From a virus: a stretch of 55,235 bases of DNA. Within the stretch, counting starts at the first letter, position 1. Each line of letters opens with the position of its first letter. The stretch spans positions 1 through 55,235 of the IMG/VR virus record IMGVR_UViG_3300015203_000003; one strand, 5' to 3'. Below, piece by piece: positions 39,932 through 50,800 of the stretch. The translations under genes and the position numbers were made by a program. Under the pieces are notes generated by a model that made no database searches, was not told the DNA's origin, and saw only the letters and a program-made list of their open reading frames with translations.

Positions 39932-40675
39932 ATGAACATCGGTAATATCAAAAATCTGGTGGCGGGACTGCTTCATCAGGTCCCATCGGCCTTTGTGCTC
40001 AACGGCGTCGATACCTTGCTCGTGGCGATCAATAACGCCAAGAAGACCGGAGAACGGGTACGGGATTTTTACTACTCCCAGATGCCGGCCTACCTGTCAG
40101 TGGCGAGCACCGGCAGCGCCATCACCGGCGCCACCACCGCGGCGGGCAGCGGTTCTGCCGTCATCATCAAGCGAATCCAATCCGTGCAACTGGCCGTCTC
40201 AGGCGGGTACATCCCGATTGAATTCATGCGGGAAGACGAATACATTTCGCGGTTGCGCAAGCAGATTGGACGGACGCCATACGTGGCGGGGAACACCCTC
40301 GCCAGCTACGGCATCTCCAGCGAAAATCCCATTGCCTACCAGCAGGGTCAAAACCTGTTTCTGGTGGGGACTGGCATCACATTTCCGATCATCGTCAAGA
40401 TGGACGTCGTTCAATGGCTGCCGGATTACGCCAACGACGCGGACACCGATTTTTTCACGCAATTCGGGGCCACATATTTGCAATGGCAGGCGATCCTCGA
40501 AGGCAACAGATATTGGCAGCAATTCGTGACCCGGCAGGAGGGAGCTGTCGTGGAAGATAGCGTTACCACTTCGGCCAACCAAGCGCTGGCGGCATTTCTG
40601 GAATGGGACGACTCCATTTCAAAGGGAACGAGCAGTACAAAGCTGCCTGCTCCGGAATCTACGCCACCAAAGTAA
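39932..40675 (+). CDS. Virion structural protein (neck/tail)
   Basis: Position and tight packing in the late operon. Confidence 0.4.
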   Translation: MNIGNIKNLVAGLLHQVPSAFVLNGVDTLLVAINNAKKTGERVRDFYYSQMPAYLSVASTGSAITGATTAAGSGSAVIIKRIQSVQLAVSGGYIPIEFMREDEYISRLRKQIGRTPYVAGNTLASYGISSENPIAYQQGQNLFLVGTGITFPIIVKMDVVQWLPDYANDADTDFFTQFGATYLQWQAILEGNRYWQQFVTRQEGAVVEDSVTTSANQALAAFLEWDDSISKGTSSTKLPAPESTPPK

Positions 40676-40678
40676 GCC

Positions 40679-41881
40679 ATGGCCTCGCGTAATCCAGGGC
40701 CATCACTCACCAGCAGGTTTTCCGGCCTCGTGGACGTGGTGCCGAAGAACTGGCTGGCCAAACTCGGGCTAACCAAGATCGAGCAAAAAGAGCCGAACGA
40801 GATCGATGTCGATGCGATTTCCCCGACGCTCGTGGAGTCCGATGTCGAATCGACCTACACGGGCGAGCGGAAAAAGACGAACAAGAGCATCGGCGACCCC
40901 ACGGGCGTAACCCTCCAGGGGCAGGAATACGACCCGCGCTACAATTACGTCCGCCGGTACGCTCAGACCATGCCGCTCACCGGCGCAGTGCTGGGCAACG
41001 CCGGAACCGAAGTGACCCCGCTTGGAATCGAGTACGACCTTGCGACCACCATTGACCTCACGGCGATTCAAGCAGCGCTCGCCGGCGTGTTCCGATCGTT
41101 CCCGGGCCGGTCATCCATCGAAGTTCCGCCTATTCTTTTAGGCATAACGCCAACACCCGCCTTGGGACAAGGGGCTGGAATTGGAATAGGCGCGGGATCG
41201 GGATCTGGCAGCGGCTCAGGCTGGATGTGGTCAATTCATCAAAACAATAGCAGCGAGGCGAACGCCAGCGCCATTTACGAATTTGTCCCGCTCTTTAAAT
41301 ACCCCTGGGCAAAGAATATCCGGGTGCAGGATTATTTCCTGTTCATCGTCGGCCCAAACACCACGGATGCGGCTGTGATTGCAGCGCTCCTGCTCCATTT
41401 TTCCATTACGGTCAACCTGTGGCCGCTGTGGGATCCAGAACCAGTTCAATTCCTGGCCAAGGGACAGAATATCAGAATCCGGGCAAGCGCAGAAGGGACG
41501 GCTGACGCATCTGCTTTTGCGAACGATAGCGGAGCCGGAAGCTCAAGCAGCTCATCAAATACGTCAGAAGAAAGTTTTTCTGTAGAAAACATCTTACGGG
41601 TTTACGAGTATCAGCCTAGTATCCATGCGCATATTACCAGCCTTATCGGCCTCGCTTCAACCATCGGCGCAAATGCCACTGCCGCCGTTGGGGTGGGGGG
41701 CGGATCGTCGGTTAGTTTATCTCAAACGGCCACGGCACAAGTAAGTATCGACATCCCGGCAACGAACGTAACAACTTGGCCGACCTCCGGTCTCTACCTC
41801 TACGATGTGCAATCCGAGAGCAGCGATTACGGGATGATTATGATTCGTGCCCGGGTGCTGGATTTTGCCAACTTCAGATAA
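40679..41881 (+). CDS. Virion structural protein (tail)
   Basis: 400 aa with a Gly/Ser-rich internal stretch. Lies in the late operon. Confidence 0.4.
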   Translation: MASRNPGPSLTSRFSGLVDVVPKNWLAKLGLTKIEQKEPNEIDVDAISPTLVESDVESTYTGERKKTNKSIGDPTGVTLQGQEYDPRYNYVRRYAQTMPLTGAVLGNAGTEVTPLGIEYDLATTIDLTAIQAALAGVFRSFPGRSSIEVPPILLGITPTPALGQGAGIGIGAGSGSGSGSGWMWSIHQNNSSEANASAIYEFVPLFKYPWAKNIRVQDYFLFIVGPNTTDAAVIAALLLHFSITVNLWPLWDPEPVQFLAKGQNIRIRASAEGTADASAFANDSGAGSSSSSSNTSEESFSVENILRVYEYQPSIHAHITSLIGLASTIGANATAAVGVGGGSSVSLSQTATAQVSIDIPATNVTTWPTSGLYLYDVQSESSDYGMIMIRARVLDFANFR

Positions 41882-42730
41882 ATGACGCCCGGAGAACAAG
41901 CCTTTCAAGATTCCGCAGCCGCAAGGCTTATGGCGTTCAAACAGCGCCTCGACGCGAAAGAGACGCCATTCGTCGCCTCGTCGCAGTACCAGCCTTCGGT
42001 TGTGCGAGAGACGCGGATTATCTCGCCGCTGAGTGTTCGAAGAACGACACAGACTGATCCATCACCAAGGGTTCCGTGGCCAATTATTTCAGGAAACAAT
42101 CGTCCATGCTGCCTATACCCTGGAGCTTTTGATCCAAGTCTACCAGGACGCTCACCCACAGATTTTCCGGCTACAGTAAAAGTTGTCGGCATCGCTGGTG
42201 GACCCGACTCTTCCTTCCCGACATATGGACATAATCTAAACACCGTTCTTACTGCTTACACTGGAAGCTCAAAGTTTTTCGTGGGGCCGGAATACGTGAA
42301 TTACGTCTATTCAGATACTGGAGACGACTCGGGCACAGTCTTCGTCACTCCAACCGGTGCCGGATGGGGATTATACCTCGATGGGGCAACAAACGATTAC
42401 GGCCCAGGAACAGTTAGCCTTGATCTTTTTAGCGTAGGGCTTTGCTTGGTTGCAAGCTATTCTACGGCAGTGGTGACTGACCAATTCGACGATACCTACA
42501 CGGTAAACGGAACGGACACGATCACCAGGGCGGCTGGAGTTGTCGTTGATGTGATGACGATCCCTAGCTGCATGTGGACCGGCCCAAAGTCCGGAGGCGG
42601 CATGTGGAAGCTGGATTACGGAAAATCCACGCCCTTCAAATGGCACCTGCACTCTGCGTCCTCAGACGATGACAAGACCTCTCCCCAAAACAAGCCCGAT
42701 GGCCCTTACGGGACAAACACCATCTCATAA
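41882..42730 (+). CDS. Virion structural protein (tail)
   Basis: 282 aa. The start abuts the upstream stop. Confidence 0.4.
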   Translation: MTPGEQAFQDSAAARLMAFKQRLDAKETPFVASSQYQPSVVRETRIISPLSVRRTTQTDPSPRVPWPIISGNNRPCCLYPGAFDPSLPGRSPTDFPATVKVVGIAGGPDSSFPTYGHNLNTVLTAYTGSSKFFVGPEYVNYVYSDTGDDSGTVFVTPTGAGWGLYLDGATNDYGPGTVSLDLFSVGLCLVASYSTAVVTDQFDDTYTVNGTDTITRAAGVVVDVMTIPSCMWTGPKSGGGMWKLDYGKSTPFKWHLHSASSDDDKTSPQNKPDGPYGTNTIS

Positions 42731-42751
42731 AAAAAGTGGTTTTTTATGGGC

Positions 42752-42780
42752 TTGCAAAGGCCCGGAAAGCCCTCCAATAG
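42752..42780 (+). promoter_or_regulatory. Late promoter-like element TTGCAA-N17-CAATAG(CGGC)
   Basis: Same bipartite geometry as the other late elements, but here ATG 42808 lies 27 nt downstream of the -10. Confidence 0.45.
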
Positions 42781-42807
42781 CGGCTTTAATCCCATCTGCT
42801 CAACTCT

Positions 42808-43008
42808 ATGAACTTCATCGTCACCAATCTGCGGCAGGAAAACACTCGAACCCTCATTGACGCCCCAAGCGCGCAGGAGGCCATAAAAGCCGCCCAAGCA
42901 GGCAAGGGTGTGACAGTCCCCGGAAACGGCAACAGTGACAACTGGACGGCCCAAGCCGCGCAGCCTGCGGAACTGGCGGCGTTCAATCCTCCGGCCTCTG
43001 TGGCCTAA
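42808..43008 (+). CDS. Small hypothetical virion-module protein
   Basis: 66-aa ORF after a promoter-like element. Confidence 0.45.
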   Translation: MNFIVTNLRQENTRTLIDAPSAQEAIKAAQAGKGVTVPGNGNSDNWTAQAAQPAELAAFNPPASVA

Positions 43009-43013
43009 GCGCC

Positions 43014-43664
43014 ATGGCAAGCCCCGGGGATCGCGCCCAGCAGCGGAAGGCTGAAATCGACAGCCGCAGAATCTACGCAGAGCCCACGGTGGCTCCGCAA
43101 GATGCATCGAGAAATGTGGCTTCCGGGCTGACGGGAGAGGCGAACTGGCGTGCAACATTCGGGCCGAAAGAGCAGCCCGGCCTTGGGCAATGGGGAAAGG
43201 GAATCGTCACCTCCTCGCCGACCGGAGCGGAAGACACCGGGGCCGCAGAAGGCCAGCGCATTGCAGGTGAATTCACCACCCCTGGAGCAGCCCCGGCGAG
43301 AGTCAGCGCCTACAGCAATCCTGTGGTGAACACCGCGTTCAATCCCGCTCCATTCTCGACGCCAAATTTCGGTCTTGGATTCGGGCAGCACAGCCCCTTT
43401 CTTGCGGAACAGAAGACCAGCCAGATTGCAAACTCTGCCCCGGCAAGCAACCTGGGCGCCGCGCCGCCTCCACGACTCAGCGCTTATGGTAAAGTGGGAA
43501 CCGAACCCGAAGCCAAACCAGACTCAACGCAGCCCGGCATTTTAGATTACGCGGCACGCGCAGGATCATACCTAAATAGCGGCATGCGTGCCTTTCCAAA
43601 CGCTCTCGTTCAATCCCAAATGCCAGCACTCCGATTCCTAAAGGGGCTATTCACAGGCGGGTAG
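43014..43664 (+). CDS. Internal virion/ejection protein candidate
   Basis: Low-complexity Gly/Pro/Ala-rich 216-aa protein upstream of the giant protein. Confidence 0.4.
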   Translation: MASPGDRAQQRKAEIDSRRIYAEPTVAPQDASRNVASGLTGEANWRATFGPKEQPGLGQWGKGIVTSSPTGAEDTGAAEGQRIAGEFTTPGAAPARVSAYSNPVVNTAFNPAPFSTPNFGLGFGQHSPFLAEQKTSQIANSAPASNLGAAPPPRLSAYGKVGTEPEAKPDSTQPGILDYAARAGSYLNSGMRAFPNALVQSQMPALRFLKGLFTGG

Positions 43665-43674
43665 GAACTTCCCC

Positions 43675-44838
43675 ATGGCCGATCTGCTGCCAGCATACGA
43701 CCCGAACAGCACCCTCACGCTTGAAGAGCAGCGCGCCAAGCGCCAAGCGGCCATGCAAGGGGATGTGTTGATGAATCTCTCGCGGAACAACGCGGAGGCA
43801 TCGATTGCGCGTGATACCGCGACCGAGGCTGCGCGTAAGGTTGCAGCCGGCACGATGGCGGGCGACGCGGCGGCATGGACGACAGCCGCCCCATATCAGA
43901 CTAGCTACGCCAAGACCCCGCAATACGTAAAGCAGCACTTCATCGACAGCTACGGACCTGCCGCGGCGGAAGCTCCGGAAGCATGGAATCAGAGCGTGCG
44001 GGAAAACACGGGCAACCCACTCGCGGCGACTGGCGTGCAATCTCTGCCGGGCGATGCGCAATACCAAGTGAACGACAAAGGCGGCGTATCTGTTGAGGGG
44101 AACCCCGCTGCGCTGATTCGACCAGACGAAGGGCTGCTGGCCGCAGCCCGCTCCGAGCAAATATCAACCACGGATGATGGCGGTCGGGAACTGACCCGCC
44201 CACAGCTTGAGCAGAGAGTGATCGAGGCGCAAAAGCAGGCTGGAGAAATACCACTCGCGAAGCAGGGCGTGCTGAACCGCCAGCTTTCCAAATACACGGC
44301 CAGCCGCGAATACACAAACGGCTTCACCGCCGCGACCTCGCTCGGGAATTTCTTCTCTGCCGCCCAGCAGGCCGAGACGAACCCGAATGCGGCCAACAAC
44401 CTGGCGGCCATTGATAACTTTGTCCGGATTCAGAACCCCGGCGCTACCGTTCGACAAGGGACGCTCGCTATGATTAAGAGCGGGCAGGCCATCCTCCAAA
44501 AACTCACCCCGGAATATCTTGCCGGACACTTGGAAGAGGGCCAGTTCCTAACCGATCAATACCTCAAGGACGCGAAGAAAGTTGCGATGGATGAGGCGCA
44601 GAACCAAAACGAGGCATTCGAGAAAAGCATCCTCGCGGCCTACACCGGTTCGCTCAAGAAATCCGGCATCCCGACCGATGATTTCCAGAGCCCGTACAAG
44701 CCGATCTTGGACAAGCTTGGAAGCCAGGAGCAGACCGACCCCTACGCAGATGCAAGGGCATGGCTGAAGTCGAACCCGAACGATCCGCGCGCCGCCCAGG
44801 TCCGAGACGCCATCGCCCGAAAAGAATCGACCCCGTGA
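43675..44838 (+). CDS. Internal virion/ejection protein candidate
   Basis: 387 aa, helical. Immediately precedes the giant protein gene. Confidence 0.4.
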   Translation: MADLLPAYDPNSTLTLEEQRAKRQAAMQGDVLMNLSRNNAEASIARDTATEAARKVAAGTMAGDAAAWTTAAPYQTSYAKTPQYVKQHFIDSYGPAAAEAPEAWNQSVRENTGNPLAATGVQSLPGDAQYQVNDKGGVSVEGNPAALIRPDEGLLAAARSEQISTTDDGGRELTRPQLEQRVIEAQKQAGEIPLAKQGVLNRQLSKYTASREYTNGFTAATSLGNFFSAAQQAETNPNAANNLAAIDNFVRIQNPGATVRQGTLAMIKSGQAILQKLTPEYLAGHLEEGQFLTDQYLKDAKKVAMDEAQNQNEAFEKSILAAYTGSLKKSGIPTDDFQSPYKPILDKLGSQEQTDPYADARAWLKSNPNDPRAAQVRDAIARKESTP

Positions 44839-44839
44839 C

Positions 44840-47800
44840 ATGGCATTTGATCCAGATGCATTCTTGGGCGCGCAAAAGCAGGCAGAAGCGCCAGCGGCGG
44901 GATTCGATCCCGATTCGTTTCTGAAGAGCGACCGGCAGCCATTGGTTCAAGCTCCCTCTTTTGACCCCGTTTCCTACTACGGAGAATCCCCGAGCAAAGA
45001 GCGGATGGCAACCGCCGTGGCCGTCTCCAAGGAGCGGGCGAACAACGCGACTTTCATGGGAGATGCGGCCAGTTTCGGGAAGGGGCTGGTTGAAGGCATC
45101 CCATCGGCAGTAGCTGGGCTGGCAAAGGGCGTGGGCGGGCTCGCCAAAGGCGCGTACGATCAAATTGCAGGAACGCCCGAAGAAGCGGCACGCGACAGAG
45201 CCGAGGCGGTAGCAGCGGCACAAGCCGGAGCCGTGCAAGGATTCCACGGCCTCAAGAACGCCCTAACGCTCCCGGCGAGACTGATGCACCCCGACCGCGA
45301 CTTGAGCGATCAGGAATGGGAAGATCGCATTAATGACCAAGCGGCCTACAACTCGACCCTGAACGAGATCAAAAACGGGGGACTCAAAGGCTGGGCACAG
45401 AATCTGGCGCAAAGCCCCGAAGAACTGGCGAAAGCAGGTGTGCCGGTGCGTCCCGAAAACGTGGATCAAATGTCTTTCATTGGCGATCCGCGCACCTATC
45501 TCCTCGGCCCTGCGGCGGATGTAGCCGGGCCACTTATCGGACGAGCCATTACCGCGCCCATCCTGAAAACGGCAGCGAAAGCCGTGGGCGGCGTTGCCGA
45601 GGCGGCAGAACCAGCTACAGGCACCCTCGGGACACTGGCGGGCCTCGGGTATGCTCTTCACTCTGCATCACCGTTGACCGCTGGCCTCGTGTTTGCTGGG
45701 CGCATGGCAGGCAAAGCCGCCCCCGGCCTTGCGAAGATGCTGGGCGAAGCCGGTGAAGAAGCGGCTGGTATCGCTCCTCCTGAAATCCAATCCTTGGGAG
45801 CCAAAGCATTCAAGGCCGGTGCCACGGGAGCCGTTACAGGTGGCGTATTGGGACTTCCCTACGCAGCGGGAGCGGATACACCGGAGGAAGCGGGTGCGGC
45901 CATTGGCGGCGGTATCGGGCTCGGCGGAGCCATCGGTGCCGCAGGCGGAATCAAAAACGCGCGCGCCATCGACATTGCTGGCAAAGCCGGGGCCCTCGAA
46001 AGGGAGGGCGCAGCCAAGACCTACGGCAATGCGTGGGATGCCGTTTCGCAGCAATACATGGCCCAGCTTCCCGCCGAGGCGCAGCGGGCGATCAATGTCT
46101 TCAAGGGGCGCTACAACGGGATGCAGACGGCAAACGGCGACCCGGTTGAGATTCATGTGGCGGGCGGCGCGGACTATCAGCGGGCGATGGCGGAAAACCT
46201 GCCTGGAAAACAAGGGGCAGACTCGCGCGGCTTCATTTCCAAGGACGGGAACAAGATTTTCCTGAATGCGGACTACGGAAAGGCTCCGGGTGGGGCCTAC
46301 GAAACGATGTCCCATGAGGCAGGCGGTCACCTCACTGAATTTCTGGCCGACATCAGCCAAAAGCAGGACATTTCAACCCTTCGGGATGCGCTCAAGTCGT
46401 CTCTGTACGATTCGACATCGGCAGCGCCAAAGACGGGCTTTCAACGGTTCATCGACACCCAAAAGGCAGCCTTGAAAAAAGGCGGCGCATCGCCCCAGCT
46501 TCTCAGCAGCCTCGACAACGGCTACTTCGAGCGGGAATTCCTGGCGCAAACGGCTGTCAAGATTTTGCAGGGCCAGAACATCGCGGAATTCAGCCTCCCG
46601 CCGTCCATAAAGGCGAGGATCATGACCGGCGCCCGCCGCTGGATGCGCAGCCAAGGCGTTATGCCCGAGCGCGGGGCCGACATCGGCTTCGGCGGCAAAG
46701 AAATCAGCGAGATTACGGACCAGATGCGGAACATCCTGTATAAACAGGGTGCGCAGAGCGAAGCCTTGCGGACAGATCGAGCCAAGAACGGCGAGCCCCC
46801 GGCGAAGATCGGAGCGCGCATGCGGCAACTGGAGCGCATTCTGGCCCAGCCGCCGACCGCCAGCAGCACGACCGAAGAAGCCAAGACGTTCCAGGACGCG
46901 CAGAAGGAATACGAGAAGCTGAAGGCCCTCACGGCCCCCTCGACATTCCCAGCCGCCGGTCCCGCACCGGTTTCGCCCGGCGCTCCGCATGCGCCCGCAC
47001 CTGCCGTGCCAGCCGCCGGACCCGCGCCAGACACGCAAACCCTGATGGCACGCTCCGATGCGCTCGACGCTCTCCGCAGCAAGGCGCTTCAGGGCGTGGT
47101 GCCGAAGGAGCAGCACGAGGCGCGAGTGGACGCAGCGATTACCGCCGCGCAACAGGCTGGAATTCCCATCACAGCGGACAATCTTTTGACCCACGCCACT
47201 ACCGGGCGGTTTCAGGACGCGAAACCAACGATTTCGCCTCCCGCTGGCGAGAAAGCGAAGTTCACCGACGAAAGCGGCACGCCAAGAATCGTGACCGGAG
47301 TATCCGATCAGGCACCGCGCGTGGGCGACATCGTGGCGACAAGGGATGGCGAGATTCGCCGGGTCACATCCGCCCTGGGCGGGACTATCGACACGGCCCG
47401 CCCCATCGACCCGTTGAACGCCCGTGGCACGAAAACCCACAAGGCAGGGGATTACATCGTCCTCAATCACGACTACGACCAGACCACCCCCGCGGCACCA
47501 GCGGCCAAGCCATCCTTCACCATCGAGCAAAAGAACGGCGTATGGAACGTGGTGAACGAAAAGGGAGAAGTGATAAAGGGCGGGCTCGCCGATGAGGCGG
47601 CCGCCCGGCGCTCCATGGGACAACTTCTGCGCGTCAAAAAGAGTATCCCGGGTATTCCAGAGCACCCAGCAGGCGCACACGACTCTATCGCGGCCATCAA
47701 CGACTTGGGCGGGATACTTTCTAAAGGACGAGCGCCAGCCAACGTCAGCGGCAGCTACGACGACCAGCCGCAGATCATGAAGTCCGGGATTTACAACCGG

Positions 47801-50800
47801 CTCATGAGCGACAACGCGGATCATACACCGGATGAAGTGGCGCGACTGCTCGACGCCGAGGGGATTGGCGACGGCACGGTATCGGGGCTGTGGCAAACCA
47901 TCGAACGCGACATCAAGTCCCGACAAAGCCTTCGGGCACAGATGGACGCCGAACAGCGCCGCCAAAGAATCAATCCAAATGAACCGATCCCGACAGTTCC
48001 GGCGCAGCCAGCTACGCCAGTTGAAAGCGGTGGAGTGGCTGTGGCTGCACCGGCTGCCGAAAACATTCCAGCCCAAACTAATCCGAACCCAGGGCTATCC
48101 GAGGCCCTAAACACTGCCGCCGATGAAGCGGAGCGGACCATGCGCGCTTCGCCCGAGTTCGCGCGTCTCAAGGGTGGCACGAAAAACACGAAGGAACAGC
48201 GCCAGGCCCAAGAGATTGCCCGTGCACGACTGGATGCGATGGCCAAGGCACACGCTGGCACGGTTCCGGCTAACTCAAGCCTCGTGACGCTCAAAACCGA
48301 CCGCTTTAATCGCACAGGCATCTACGGGCAGACGATCAATACGAGCGATCCTTTCCACCAGGAGCTTTTGAACCGGGCTGGCTACGGTCCCGCCGATATT
48401 CAGCGGCTGGCCGAGATCCAGAAGAATCTCGGGCGCCCCATCGGGATCGAGTACCTCTCCGCACCGGAAACCCCGGGCGCAAAGGCTGAATTCGAAGGGC
48501 TGGACGCTCGCCAGCAGATCGCGGAACTGCGGCGGCGTGCCCAGGCTCAATCGACCGCCCAGGACCGGGCGGCAGGTGACAGCGCCGTACGGCGGGTAGC
48601 CAAATCCATCGTGCCCGAGGAGATTGTGTTCAACCCGGAGAGCAACAGCTTTTCCGTGCGCGGATTCTCCCCCGACAAATTCTTTTCCAACGTCAAAAAG
48701 GCGCTCCCCTGGCTCAAGGCGCATGGGATCGACTCTTACTCCGGAGTGAACGATCCACAGTTGATTACCGACCTGAACGGCATCGCCGAGAATCACGCCT
48801 ACGGCTGGCGCGGCAAAGGCGATGCGCCCGTGACCGGCACCCCATACTACCCGACGAAGCCGACTGAGGGCTACAAACCCTACACGGGAGGAGATAACCC
48901 GGAGACGTGGAAAGACCGCTTCGACGTGCTGAACGCGATGATAGGCGACACCACGGCCTACGATTTGAATGACAAGGGTGATCCAAAAAAGGGGAACCCG
49001 AAAGACGCGGAGGCGCGCAAGGCCAAGCAGGTGCTAGCCCGGCTTAACAGCCCATTCTTCGACCCCGATACCGGCGAGGTGAACCGCGTACGCGAGATGA
49101 TTCGCAAATCCGGCGACTTCAAATTCTCCGAGGCATCGGGATTCGAGCATGACGGGCCGAACGTGCTGGAAACGGCGCGGGAGACGCTGAAGCCCGACTT
49201 GATCGAGCGGGTGGGACCGCCCGACATCAAGAACGAGCACACCCTGCGACCATCTGGATTGCAGGACGGCGTGGTGGCGAAGATTGAGGACGTGCCGCGT
49301 TCAGATTTTACCGCCGCCGGATTCATGCCAGTAGAACACGAGGCCCAGGACTCCGAAGTGGATTCGCTCGGCTTCTATTCAAAGCTCCGCAACGTCATCG
49401 CATCGAAGGTTCCAAACCGCGCCCAACCCGCGCAGATTATGGCGACCCTTCGCAGCGCGGGCGTGAAGCAGGAGGAGATGGATTCGACGGGCTTACCCGA
49501 ATGGCTGAAGTCACAGGGTGGCCCCGTGACCAAGCAGGAGATTCAGGACTTTGTGAAGGGCGGCGGGGTACAGTTGCATGAGGTGCAAAAGGGTGGAGTA
49601 AAGCCAAAGGCAAGCGCTCCGTTGAGTGCGTGGATGCAGCAATACAACTCCGATCCACAGACAACGGGTGACTGGATGAAGCAATCGGCGCGGCTCGAAA
49701 AAGTTGGCCAGCAATGGCAGGCGGGAGGAAATACCGCCAAGGCAAATCAGTTTTTTGACCTTGCCGAAGAGTCCAATCGACTCGCCGAAGACCTTGAGAC
49801 GCCATCTGGCGGAAGCGGCGTAACCAAGTTCTCCCAATACGTCCTTCCCGGTGGCTCCAATTACAAGGAAGTGCTGTTGACGCTGCCGGAGAAGTCGAAC
49901 CAGCCGCAAGCGGAGCGATTGAAATTCGCGGCAGAAATGACGAAGAAATACGGCACCGATGGGTTTTATCCCAAGCTGACTGACGCCGAAAAAGCCCGGT
50001 TCAATGCGATCTCGGATACGGCGCAATCCGTCAACTTCAAATCCTCCCATTGGGACGAGCCCAACGTACTCGCCCACATCCGCCAAGCCGACCACACCGA
50101 CACCGAAGGCAACAAGGTTCGATTGATTGAGGAGATTCAATCCGACTGGCACCAGAAGGGGCGGAAGGAAGGGTATAGACCAGAAAAGGAAAAACAGCTT
50201 TCGGATATGGTATCCGAACGGGATGAATTGTCCCAGCGGATGGCCTCTTTGGAAAAAAACAGCCAAGAGTACATTAATCTTTGGGAGAAAAGATCAGATA
50301 TTCAATCCAAGATAAACGATCTCGGAAACGGCTCCGTGGGCGTACCCGACGCACCATTCAAAAAGACATGGGCCGAACTCGCCTTTAAGCGCGCCCTCCG
50401 CATGGCTGTTGACGATGGGGTAAACAAGATCGCGTGGACTCCCGGGCAAATCCAATCCGAGCGCTACTCACTGGAGAAGCACGTCAGCGACATCTACGCG
50501 AAACCGACCGACGGAAAATTCGACCTCACGGTCAACGCCAAAGACGGAACCACGATTTACGACACCGCGCGCACTGGACCCGTGGAAGCAAGCAAGCTCT
50601 CTGACCTTGTAGGTAAAGAGATGGCTCAAAAGATCGTCGAGCAAAAGGGCGAGCACACATACTCCGGCCTCGAATTGAAAGTGGGAGGCTCCGGCATGAA
50701 GGGCTTCTACGACCAGATTCTCCCCAGCTTCGTCTCTAAGTACGTGAAGCCGATGGGAGGCAAGGTGGAGACGACGCAACTTCAGACGGGCGCTCCGTCA

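Noticed and set aside
42729-42745. A7-GTGG-T6 hairpin after the 282-aa tail gene as a terminator
   Set aside because: The stem is pure A:T and very weak. It may contribute to punctuation before the 42752 promoter element but is not convincing on its own.
46313-46330. HEAGGH in the giant protein as a zinc-metalloprotease motif
   Set aside because: The spacing is HExxxH, not the zincin HExxH. No downstream third ligand motif is recognisable.
46373-48076. 567-aa minus-strand ORF inside the giant protein gene
   Set aside because: It is antisense to a continuous 2136-codon ORF, and its composition (Arg/Gly/Cys-rich) is characteristic of a non-coding frame in high-GC DNA.
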